Source: Macrostomum lignano (Eukaryota). Taken from it: a stretch of 64,000 nt of DNA. Position 1 is the stretch's first letter, and each line of letters opens with the position of its first letter. Made by a program: the position numbers and the translations under genes. The notes below the pieces were generated by a model. The model saw nothing but the letters and a program-made list of their open reading frames with translations, made no database searches and was not told the DNA's origin. The DNA is taken from positions 19,046 through 83,045 of the forward strand of contig NIVC01002273.1 of the NCBI GenBank assembly GCA_002269645.1, in the 5' to 3' direction. Positions 1 to 9,256 of this stretch are shown one piece after another.

Positions 1-532
1 GCCTGGCGGCGGGCACCCCTCACGCTTTTTCGTCTCTCCCCGCCTGTCCCTTGTTTCCTTCCCTGCGGCCTCTTAGCTGTCTTATCTGTTTGTCTGGCTG
101 CCTCGAGCCTCCTTATTTCTCACCACGGCCCTTCTGTCTGGGCCAGCCTGCTCACACACTTACTTGACTGTTTCACGCCACGACCGACGCCAACTCACCA
201 CTACGTTTCACTGCCTTCACTGTGCTCATAGCCACTGCTCACGTCACGTCGCCATTGTGTCATTCGCCTGCCACTTGACTTCATATCCAAATTATATTCA
301 ACCCATTGCTGCAGCCGCCAGTGCCCAGAAAGCTATAGTCTGTTTATTGCCAGTAACAACCAAACTTAATACTGATATTAACAATAAAGACAACTACGGC
401 AGTTCCTGCCTTTATCGCCAAGTGCTCCGCTACAAAATCCGCTTTACAAGAATTGACTTCAACTTATTTTGGGACTAAAACGGCCCTTTTAAGGGTCACC
501 GCATAGCTGGCCGCTACGCCAATAACGTGACA
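1..532 (+). repeat. 5' LTR (partial)
   Basis: Direct repeat of 9553-10084, ends ...AACGTGACA just before the PBS. Confidence 0.95.
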
Positions 533-538
533 TAATTT

Positions 539-555
539 TGGAGGTCCCACCGAGA
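539..555 (+). promoter_or_regulatory. Primer binding site, tRNA-Gln type
   Basis: TGGAGGTCCCACCGAGA is complementary to the 3' end of eukaryotic tRNA-Gln (...UCUCGGUGGGACCUCCA) and lies 6 nt downstream of the LTR end. Confidence 0.85.
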
Positions 556-775
556 CTCCTACTCAGCACTGCCGGCTCGCAACTAAGTCAGCACCACCGA
601 GACTCCTACTCAGCACTGCCGGCTCGCAACTAAGTCAGCACCACCGAGACTCCTACTCAGCACTGCCGGCTCGCAACTAAGTCAGTGCCATCAAGACTTC
701 TGCTCAGCCCTGCCAGCTCGCAACCAAGCGTCAGCAAGATTCTGCTCAGCTCTGCCGGCTCGTGACTGAGTGCCG
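547..775 (+). repeat. 47-bp tandem repeat in the retrotransposon leader (3 near-perfect copies plus degenerate copies)
   Basis: CCACCGAGACTCC... starts at 547, 594 and 641. Confidence 0.9.
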
Positions 776-797
776 GCCTGCCACGTTTCTGCCTGAC

Positions 798-952
798 GGT
801 CCGCAAGGCTGCGAGAGCCTGTGCCACGCCTGAGGTTCGGTCCGCAAGGCTACGAGAGCCTGTGCCACGCCTGAGGTTCGGTCCGCAAGGCTACGAGAGC
901 CTGTGCCACGCCTGAGGTTCGGTCCGCAAGGCTGCGAGAGCCTGTGCCACGT
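798..952 (+). repeat. 41-bp tandem repeat in the leader (about 4 copies)
   Basis: GGTCCGCAAGGCT... at 798, 839, 880 and 921. Confidence 0.9.
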
Positions 953-1341
953 CAGGCCCAGGGGTCCTGACTGCTCGGCCGGTCTTCGCTCGTCGCCGCG
1001 AGTCGTCGCTGGTCGTCGCCCTGAGCAACGCGCGCTGTCAACTGCGTTGAGCTCGAGCTTACGCTCTGCCAAGATAGCTCCGCTGCGTGTGCCAAGCCAC
1101 GCCAGGTTACGCTGTGCGCTGATTGTTTGTAGGGACTATTGCCTGACAGTTAGTCTGGGTGGTTTGCGTGATAGGACTCTCCCCTATTATAGGCTTTTTG
1201 CGGTTTGCCCCTGTCAGGCACGTATTTTGTTAGTAGGACGCAATCTCTCTCGTCTCTCTCGCGTCATCAACCTCAATTCGTTTTCTCTGGAGCCTTATTT
1301 TCGTTCACGCTTGATTCATTTGTCTCACTCAACCTTACACA

Positions 1342-4300
1342 ATGTCCGACAACGGGGACAACCATGCCGCAGCGTCATTGGCTGACGGAGATGCCGTCGT
1401 GCCAGATCAGGACGCAGTCGATGCCGGCGAGCAGCCAGCAGGCGCAGCTGCTGCCGCCGCGCCAGCTCCTAGTGAGCAACTCTTGTTGACTCAAACCTTA
1501 GCCTCTCTTCACCGGATGCTCGAAGAGCGTCTCGCTGTTTCCTCGCCATTAGCGCCAAATTCCTCGCCGCCTGCGAAGCCAGACATACGCCTTCGCCCTC
1601 CAATCGCTTATCAGCCGAAGATGAACTTTGATACGTGGGAAGCTCAGCTTACTTCGTATCTAGCCACTTGCCGCGTTCCTGAGGACCAGAAGTCCGCCAT
1701 TCTCGTATCTTTGCTGTCAGCCGAATGCCAAGAGGTATATCTTAATTACCGGTGTGACCAGTTGCCTTTCGAATCTGCGCTTCGGCTGCTCAGGGAAAGG
1801 TACACCGATGCCAAGAAGAAGGACAAGGCCTACGTAGAATTAGTTGCTGCCGCCCAATCTCATAATGAGCAGATGTCTGATTTCTTCGACAGACTGGTCT
1901 CCTATTCTAGACTAGCGGGTCTCTCGCTCGCTGAAGCGAAGCCCCTACTCAAGGCCAGATTCTGCCATGGGCTGAGGGATAAGGACCTCGCCGAAAAGCT
2001 CCTCTTATGGGATCAGGAAACCGACAGTGCCACCTCTGCAGAAGAGCTGATGCAGAAGGCCAAAGATCTTGTCGGGGTCCGCCAGCTTCTGAACGTGCCT
2101 TCTACTATAGCCAAGGTTCGTGCCATAGAACCTGACGCTGAGAAGAAAGCGTTAGAACAGAGGGTCGCTGAGCTTGAGAAGATGGTGACCGACCAAGCCA
2201 ATAGATTAAGCCAGACCACTCCGCCTGTCACTACCAATCAGGGGCCCGCTCGCACAGAGCCCACTGGGGGCCCACCACAAGTTAGCCAAACCTATAGACA
2301 ACCTAGGCCAGCTCCTCGCCCTCCGCGGGCTTGCCATCGATGCGGCCAGACCGATCACCTGATCGCTGACTGTCCATCGCCCTCGCCGAGGCCACAGTCG
2401 CCAAAGCAGCCCCGGGGGAGCCAAAATCAGCAGCCCAGCCGTGGAAAAGTCACGACTGAACTAGGAACCATTGCCACATGGTCTCAGAATTACGGGTTCA
2501 TCCAATCTGAGCACCTGCCAGAGAAATTGTTCGTTCACATTAGCCAACTGTCTCCCAGCCTGCGTAGCCTAGTCGAGCAGCACCGCCTTAGGGGGACTAG
2601 GGTGAAATTCCAGCGCCAGGTCGACCCCGGGCGCCAGCACGACAAGGCCTGTAATGTGCAACCTCAGCCAGGGGACAGTGATCCACAATGCCGACAAGGG
2701 GGGTACACAGCTGACACCTTTGAGTCTAGCTATTTCGTGCAGCTAGGAGTAGGAGACTCTAAAGTTCTGGCCTGTCTAGACTCAGGCGCCAATGCCAGCA
2801 TCATGGGTGCTGACGTGAAAGCCAAACTGGTCGCAGCTGACCCCGTCAATAACATATTCACGCCTAGTGCCAATAAGCAGCGTGCCACCGCCTTCGGCGG
2901 CTCTCAGGTAGACATCCTAGGGTCGCTACGCTGCGAAATCAACTTAGGTAATACGACTAAACAACATGTATTCCTAGTCACTGCTTACTGTACCACGGAA
3001 GCCCTGTTAGGCATGGATTTCCTGCGCAGCTTCGAGATGCTGCTAGACTTCAACTCTGGCCGAGCTTTAGTAGCAGGGGTGTCGGTACCAGTCATTGAGG
3101 GGGACAAGGGGATTTTCCAACTCCGACGAGTGATGGCCGCCGGCACCGTAGAATTGCCCCCGCACTCGGAAACCTTGATCCCCAGTCGTGTCCTCGACTC
3201 TTCGCCGTACACCTCCGGTATAGTCATGTCCCGGATCCTCGGACCAGAGACCGAACAGTTGGTAGCCAAGACTCTAGACTCAGTTAGCGATACTAACCAC
3301 ATACTAGTGCGCGTGCTCAACAGTGGGGAACAGCCTATTCAGATAACTAGGGGGCAAGAAATTGCCTCATTCCAGGAATTAGATAGTCATGAGGTCATAG
3401 CTCAGACGACCCTGAAGGAGTCTGACTTTAGCCTGGACAATGTAGCTAACCTCACCAGCCAACTCAGTAAGCTGCCGCCGCCTAGTAGGGAGTTAGCCAA
3501 ATGGCTGACAACGCAGTTCCAACTAGACCAAGCCAAATTGTCTAGGGGCCAACTCGCCACCGTTTTGAAACTGCTCAACTACTTCAATAGCCAAATTTCT
3601 AGATCAAACGCAGATTTAGGCCACACCAATTTACACGAGATGGGCATAGAGTTAATAGATCCTAAGGCCAAGCCTGTTGCGCAACCATACAGGCGCACCA
3701 CGCCAGCACAAAAAGAATTCTTAGACCAGAACATAGCGCAGATGCTCGAACAGGGGGTCATTGAGGAGTGTGACTCTGACTGGGTGTCGCCTATCGTTCT
3801 GGTCAAGAAGAAGGACGGCACTCAACGCCTTTGCATAGACTATAGGGCCGTCAATAAGCTCATCAAGCCGTGTAGCTTCCCTCTGCCACTCATAGAAGAA
3901 TCTTTTGACAGCCTTGCCGGGGCCACTGTATTCTCTAGCCTTGACCTGACCTCCGCGTACTGGCAGGTAGGGATCAAAGAGGAGGCTAGAGATTACACCG
4001 CCTTTGCCTGCCCCCAAGGCACCTTCCGCTGGAAGGTAGTACCATTCGGGATCAAGACGGCACCTGCCAATTTCGCGAAACTGATGCACAAGGTGTTTAG
4101 ACCTCTCCTGATGAAGGTCAGCCTCATCTATTTAGACGACATTATCATTAAGGCTGTCAACAACGACCAAATGATCGCGCATCTCGCGCTGGTCCTCTGG
4201 CAGCTTAGAAAAGCCGGTCTCAAAATTAAGCCGTCTAAGTGTGAGCTGTTTAAGGACAAGGTCGCATTCCTGGGGTTCGTTGTGTCTAGCCGGGGCATTG

Positions 4301-7107
4301 AGGCTGACCCAGCGAAGACTCAGGCTGTCCAAGACTGGCCTAAACCGCTTTCTAAGAAACAGCTTCTATCATTCTTGGGATTTGCGAATTATTACCGGAA
4401 ATTCGTGCCGCGATTCTCAATCATCGCCACGCCTTTGTATGCCTTAGCCAAAAAGGATGCTCCGTTTCTATGGCAACCGCATCATGAACGGGCTTTCCAA
4501 GAACTCAAACATAGCCTCTGTTCACCACCGATTCTGGCGTATCCAGACCTCTCTGCCAAAGGGCGCGAATTTATTTTGGACTGCGATAGCTCGCTTGACG
4601 GCACTGGGGGTGTGCTGTACCAGCTCGGGCCAGATGGCCAAGAGCAAGTTATAGCTTACGCATCCAAAAAATTCAACAGTAGCCAGAGAAACTACTGCGC
4701 CACCATGAGGGAGTTGCTAGGGCTCGTTCTGATGCTCGAGCATTTCCGTCCTTATCTATTAGACAAGCCTTTCACTGTCCGGGTGGACGCGGCCGCGCTC
4801 AAATGGCTGCATTCTAAGAAGCATGCCACTGGTATGCTGGCCCAATGGCTTGCCACCATTGAACTGTACCCGCTGAAGGTCCAGCAGTCCACTCTAGAAC
4901 GAATAGCCGAATACGATTTCACAGTCCAGTACCGTCCAGGCGTTGACCACGTGCCTGCTGACGCTCTTAGTAGACTGCCAAAATTCAGAGCCGATCACTT
5001 TGACTGCCCGACGTGCAGCCAGATTCCGGAATTTAAAGGGAAATTCCTGGACCAAGACCCAAAGCACCGGCGTACGCCCCCCTCTAGAGAACTGCGTCAG
5101 GTGTGCGTCCAGACCATAGGCATTAGCGTAGCGTGTCAGACTGACACAGATGCCCCGGCTGAACCAACGCCGAATGTCCGCGCTACTGCTAGCGGTGCTG
5201 TTCCTAGCCCAGAGACTGAATCCCGTCAACCTGAAACCGAATCCCAAGTGCCACCTGAGCTCATCTGGGCCCAGAATGCCCAGGACTCCTGTGTTGACAT
5301 GGCGCGCCTAATCGCCAGTGTCCAGTGTAAGACTGAGCCATTGTCCAAGGCCGAACTGCAGGGTTGTAGCCGGGAAATGCGCTCACTCTGGGCTCAATTC
5401 AATGACCTTGAAGTAGTCGAGGGTCTATTGTACTTAGCCAAATCCTCCAAAGCCAAGACTGCCAACAGGCGCCTGGTGGTGCCTGAGACCGCAGACGTCG
5501 GTCATCTGGTCCTTCAGTATCATGGCCAGTTGAACCATTGCGGTATCACCAAGACGATGGCCGCCCTGAAGGCGCGCTTCGTTATTTCCGACTTAGATAC
5601 TATAGTCAAGGGGGTCCTGGCCGAATGCACCGTTTGCGCTAAGACTAAGAAGTCAAAGCGTAAGCTCAAGGCCCCTATGCAACCAGAACTGTCCGGCTAC
5701 CCGAACCAGGTTGTCCACGTGGACCACGCAGGCCCGTTCGAAGAGTGTGACGGGTACAAGTACCTGCTGGTTATGATCGACAGGTTCACCGGGTTTGTTG
5801 AAGTAGTCCCTGTTCCCGACGTCAGCGCAGAGACCACTGCCACAACCATCCTGACTGAATGGGTTGCCAGGTATGGGGTGATGGAGCAGCTGGTGTCTGA
5901 TAACGGAACTGCCTTCATCAATAGTACCATGATAGAATTAACTAGGCTCCTACAGATTGACATGGGTCGGATCACAGCCCGTCGCCCTCAGGCTAACGGT
6001 AAAGCTGAGAGGATGATCCAGACGGTGAAAGCCCAGATTAGAGCCATCTGTCTTGAGAGACAATGCGACTGGCCCCTTGCCAGCCGCCTGGCCGCCCTGT
6101 CAATCCGTGCCACAGTCGCCGAATCCACCGGATTTACTCCAGCCAAACTTTTCTTCGGGCGTGAGTTCGAACTACCGCTCGACCTCTGTCACAATCCACC
6201 GCCAAATGAACACTACCAGCCGGAGAGGTACGCCCACCAGTTGCACCGCACGCTAGTCGAAACCTCTGCCCTAGCCCGCCGCACTAGGGGTAAAGCCCAG
6301 GAGAGGCAGAAAAGGTATTACGACCGCCGCGCCCTCCGCGCTGAGTTCCACGAGGGAGAGTTAGTCTGGGTCTTGAACCCGAACCACAAGGGCATAGAAC
6401 CCGCTGTGTGGTTGGGGCCATACCGAGTAGTGCAGCGCTGCTCCGAGCGGACTTACCGTTTAGTCCCCGAGTATGGTCTCCTAAACCCAGCAGATCGGGT
6501 GCCAAATCCGCGCCATAACATTTACAACATTGACCGCCTCAAACCGTGCATCAGACAGCCCACTTACCAAGACGTAGTTGACCGGTATGGTGAGGCCACC
6601 CATGCCAGGTCTCCAGCGCCTAGTGTGAACCCGCCCAGCGGACCCGCGAGCGAGCTTAGCCTCGTCACCATTCCCCAGCCTTCCTCTGCCCGGCCAGAGA
6701 GCCCACGCAGAGCGCCAGGGCCAAATCCACCACCGCCAGCTTCAGGCGCCTTTGAGGAGGGGGCGGGAGCTGAAGCGGGAGAAGGCCAACCATTCGCCGA
6801 AGCTGGCGATGCTGTAGCTATTGAGGGACAGCCACAACCAGACACTGACACTGACAGCACAGACACTGACACCAGCCACAGCCAAGACAGCTCAGAGTCG
6901 CTGTACACGGCTTCCTTGGGGGACCCTTCCTCCGAGCAATTAGAACCACCTGAGATTGCTGCGAATCCAGTCGCTGCGCAAGCAGCTGAGCCACCAGCCC
7001 CGGCTGACGTACCCAGATCCAGGTACGGACGCCCCATCCGCCCGCCTGTCAGGTACCGGACCTGTCAAGTGTCCGACCTGCTCCAGCAGTGGGGAAGCAG
7101 ACACTAA
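1342..7107 (+). CDS. Gag-Pol polyprotein (capsid-like region, CCHC knuckle, cold-shock domain, aspartic protease, RT, RNase H, integrase)
   Basis: CHRCGQTDHLIADC (2332-2373); YGFI...LFVHISQL; LDSGA (D at 2779); YLDD (4129-4140); RNase H LDCDSS..., NYCATMRELL, ADALSR; integrase HHCC, VHVDHAGP, SDNGTAF, GKAERM and GPY. No stops or frameshifts. Confidence 0.97.
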   Translation: MSDNGDNHAAASLADGDAVVPDQDAVDAGEQPAGAAAAAAPAPSEQLLLTQTLASLHRMLEERLAVSSPLAPNSSPPAKPDIRLRPPIAYQPKMNFDTWEAQLTSYLATCRVPEDQKSAILVSLLSAECQEVYLNYRCDQLPFESALRLLRERYTDAKKKDKAYVELVAAAQSHNEQMSDFFDRLVSYSRLAGLSLAEAKPLLKARFCHGLRDKDLAEKLLLWDQETDSATSAEELMQKAKDLVGVRQLLNVPSTIAKVRAIEPDAEKKALEQRVAELEKMVTDQANRLSQTTPPVTTNQGPARTEPTGGPPQVSQTYRQPRPAPRPPRACHRCGQTDHLIADCPSPSPRPQSPKQPRGSQNQQPSRGKVTTELGTIATWSQNYGFIQSEHLPEKLFVHISQLSPSLRSLVEQHRLRGTRVKFQRQVDPGRQHDKACNVQPQPGDSDPQCRQGGYTADTFESSYFVQLGVGDSKVLACLDSGANASIMGADVKAKLVAADPVNNIFTPSANKQRATAFGGSQVDILGSLRCEINLGNTTKQHVFLVTAYCTTEALLGMDFLRSFEMLLDFNSGRALVAGVSVPVIEGDKGIFQLRRVMAAGTVELPPHSETLIPSRVLDSSPYTSGIVMSRILGPETEQLVAKTLDSVSDTNHILVRVLNSGEQPIQITRGQEIASFQELDSHEVIAQTTLKESDFSLDNVANLTSQLSKLPPPSRELAKWLTTQFQLDQAKLSRGQLATVLKLLNYFNSQISRSNADLGHTNLHEMGIELIDPKAKPVAQPYRRTTPAQKEFLDQNIAQMLEQGVIEECDSDWVSPIVLVKKKDGTQRLCIDYRAVNKLIKPCSFPLPLIEESFDSLAGATVFSSLDLTSAYWQVGIKEEARDYTAFACPQGTFRWKVVPFGIKTAPANFAKLMHKVFRPLLMKVSLIYLDDIIIKAVNNDQMIAHLALVLWQLRKAGLKIKPSKCELFKDKVAFLGFVVSSRGIEADPAKTQAVQDWPKPLSKKQLLSFLGFANYYRKFVPRFSIIATPLYALAKKDAPFLWQPHHERAFQELKHSLCSPPILAYPDLSAKGREFILDCDSSLDGTGGVLYQLGPDGQEQVIAYASKKFNSSQRNYCATMRELLGLVLMLEHFRPYLLDKPFTVRVDAAALKWLHSKKHATGMLAQWLATIELYPLKVQQSTLERIAEYDFTVQYRPGVDHVPADALSRLPKFRADHFDCPTCSQIPEFKGKFLDQDPKHRRTPPSRELRQVCVQTIGISVACQTDTDAPAEPTPNVRATASGAVPSPETESRQPETESQVPPELIWAQNAQDSCVDMARLIASVQCKTEPLSKAELQGCSREMRSLWAQFNDLEVVEGLLYLAKSSKAKTANRRLVVPETADVGHLVLQYHGQLNHCGITKTMAALKARFVISDLDTIVKGVLAECTVCAKTKKSKRKLKAPMQPELSGYPNQVVHVDHAGPFEECDGYKYLLVMIDRFTGFVEVVPVPDVSAETTATTILTEWVARYGVMEQLVSDNGTAFINSTMIELTRLLQIDMGRITARRPQANGKAERMIQTVKAQIRAICLERQCDWPLASRLAALSIRATVAESTGFTPAKLFFGREFELPLDLCHNPPPNEHYQPERYAHQLHRTLVETSALARRTRGKAQERQKRYYDRRALRAEFHEGELVWVLNPNHKGIEPAVWLGPYRVVQRCSERTYRLVPEYGLLNPADRVPNPRHNIYNIDRLKPCIRQPTYQDVVDRYGEATHARSPAPSVNPPSGPASELSLVTIPQPSSARPESPRRAPGPNPPPPASGAFEEGAGAEAGEGQPFAEAGDAVAIEGQPQPDTDTDSTDTDTSHSQDSSESLYTASLGDPSSEQLEPPEIAANPVAAQAAEPPAPADVPRSRYGRPIRPPVRYRTCQVSDLLQQWGSRH

Positions 7108-7115
7108 CCGCCAGT

Positions 7116-7360
7116 TTTTCACGCCCCGGGCAAGGCGTAAAACTACCTCCTGTGGCACCTGTCAGCCACAGGTCTCTGCGGCACCTGTAGACCGCAAGTT
7201 CACGCCCCGGGCAAGGCGTAAAACTACCTCCTGTGGCACCTGTCAGCCACAGGTCTCTGCGGCACCTGTAGACCGCAAGCTCACGCCCCGGGCAAGGCGT
7301 TAAACTACCTCCTGTGGCACCTGTTGGTCACAGGTCCCTGCGGCATCTGCCAGCCGCAAG
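7116..7360 (+). repeat. 81-bp tandem repeat at the start of the 3' UTR (3 copies)
   Basis: CACGCCCCGGGCAAGGCG at 7120, 7201 and 7282. Confidence 0.9.
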
Positions 7361-7577
7361 CCACAAAACACAAGCCACAGCTGTTACTCACTGCCAGATA
7401 CTAGTGTGCACAACTTCCACAGCTGTACCAGCCAACAGCCAACCACCGTAGTCAAGGGGATAAACTGCAGCGACATTGCAATTTGATAATTTATATAGCT
7501 AACTAAAATAAATAAAATAAAAATAAAACACTAGCAGAATTAGCATAATATGCCGACAGTATAAATACTATATTGTT

Positions 7578-7691
7578 CTAACGCAAGAATATATATAATA
7601 TCGCAGCACCCAACTCCGACTGCACCTGGTCGGCGTTGCCGTAGTCTATAGAATACACTACGGCGCTAGAAACAAATAGTAGATAAGACAT
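7578..7691 (-). CDS. Putative 37-aa antisense micropeptide with a Tudor-like IDYGN motif
   Basis: Read by hand from ATG 7691 to TAG 7578: MSYLLFVSSAVVYSIDYGNADQVQSELGAAILYIFLR. Confidence 0.4.
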   Translation of the reverse strand: MSYLLFVSSAVVYSIDYGNADQVQSELGAAILYIFLR

Positions 7692-7778
7692 TAGCCTTAG
7701 CTCAAATATTCAAAAGTAAACTAAAAAATTAATGCATAAATATGGCATAAAATAATGCATATATTGGTCGAAAAATGA

Positions 7779-8108
7779 TTACGAGATGAATACTATAAAT
7801 ATAATAGTTGTCAAAATATTCTGTAGACGTCCTCTGCCTGCATCGGCGTTGCCATAATCGATAAAATACACTAGGGCACGTATAAACATTATAGCAATGG
7901 CAAAAATGATTAAAATAATTGATAGCAATGGCACCCGTTCGGTGTTGCCAAAGTCGATGAAATGAATAAGTGCGTCATCTCTGACGCTAATAGTAATACC
8001 CCGAAACCATGTAATGTGCAATATACGGTTAGTAATTAAAGCATAACTACTGGCGACTAGTGAAACGCATAAATAACTCAAAAAGGAAAATAAAAACTGA
8101 AAAAACAA
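7779..8108 (-). CDS. Putative antisense ORF with Tudor-like segments and hydrophobic stretches
   Basis: WFRGITISVRDDALIHFIDFGNTERVPL resembles Tudor beta2-beta4, and a second ALVYFIDYGNAD follows. The track start is TTG; an internal ATG at 7889 gives a 36-aa peptide. Confidence 0.45.
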   Translation of the reverse strand: MFFQFLFSFLSYLCVSLVASSYALITNRILHITWFRGITISVRDDALIHFIDFGNTERVPLLSIILIIFAIAIMFIRALVYFIDYGNADAGRGRLQNILTTIIFIVFIS

Positions 8109-8319
8109 CCATTGAAAACTCGAGAAAAATATTCTGCCTATAAGAATATAGCTAGCTTAGTTCGCTGCTCAGCCCATTGACGAGTGCAGCATCGCTTTCG
8201 CTGTTGTCGGAAATGAGCTGTAGCTCGTCATTAAATTTCGCAAATTTCATAATGTAGCTAGATATATATAATTCTTGTGGGGTAAAAGTAAGCACTACAC
8301 ACACACACACCGCACCGCA

Positions 8320-8780
8320 CGCACGCTCTCTCTGCCTTTGGCGCGTAGCGCCGTCCTCCGCCTGGCGCGCTGCGCCGTCCTCTGCCTTTGGCGCGTAGCG
8401 CCATCCTCTGCCTTGGCGCGTAGCGCCGTCCTCTGCCTTTGGCGCGTAGCGCCATCCTCTGCCTTGGCGCGTAGCGCCATCCTCTGCCTGGCGCGTGGCG
8501 CCGTTCTCTGCCTTGGCGCGTGGCGCCGTCCCCTGCCGTGGCGCCCTGTCGCCGTTTCCTGCCTTGGCGCGTGGCGCCGTTTCCCGCCTTGGCGCGCTGC
8601 GCCGTTCTCCGCCTGGCGCGCCGCGCCGTTCTCCTGCCTTGGCGCGCTGCGCCGTTTCCTGCCTTGGCGCGCTGCGCCGTTCTTTGCCTTGGCGCGCTGC
8701 GCCGTGTCTCCGCCTTGGGCGCTCTTGCGCCGGTTTCTCCCTTCCGCCTTGGCGCGCCGCGCCGTGTCCCGCCGCCCTTG
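8320..8780 (+). repeat. Degenerate GC-rich tandem repeat of about 25 bp inside the element
   Basis: Units like CTCTGCCTTGGCGCGTAGCGCCGTC; GCGCG cores at 8341, 8365, 8391, 8416 and 8442. Confidence 0.85.
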
Positions 8781-9242
8781 ACGCTTGGCGTCGTTTGCCC
8801 GCAGTTGTCCGGACTGTGCCTCTGTTCCGTGCCTCTGCTCTGCATCCTTTGCCTCATCCACCTTGTCATCCTTGTTCTGTGTTTGCCTCATCCATCGTAT
8901 CACTTCTGCGCGTCCTTTGTCGTTTTTGTGTTCGCGCGCGCCGCGCGCTCCGTCGTGCACTACTTTCCGTAACCATTGTTGTATTTTGTAATGTTTTTGT
9001 AACACCACCATGTTGTATTGCTCGTGCTCACCGTGTTCTACTGCCCTGTAATGTTCTGCTCTCGTAATAGTCTGTAGCCTTTGGAACTTTGTAATTTTGT
9101 CCGGTAATCATATGCTCATACAAACTGACTCAACCCCACTGTAATTCACTCTGCTATAATTTCATAAACTGCGGTCACGTTGTGTTTTTCTTGCCGTCAC
9201 CCCGCGTGTTGGTTTTCTTTTTGCGCGACCCTATCCTTTTTC

Positions 9243-9256
9243 GGAAGGGAGGCGGG
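9243..9256 (+). promoter_or_regulatory. Polypurine tract
   Basis: GGAAGGGAGGCGGG directly abuts the TG start of the 3' LTR. Confidence 0.85.

Noticed and set aside
164-478. 104-aa ORF duplicated at 9716-10030
   Set aside because: Lies within the LTR, starts at TTG and has no recognisable motif; the duplication only reflects the LTRs.
547-952. CRISPR-like appearance of the leader repeats
   Set aside because: Contiguous tandem units with no unique spacers, in a eukaryotic retroelement context.
6560-7107. Possible extra domain (such as a chromodomain) after the integrase
   Set aside because: The tail is Pro/Ala/acidic low-complexity sequence ending in the RSRYGRPIRPP-type motif common at Gypsy Pol ends; no chromodomain pattern.
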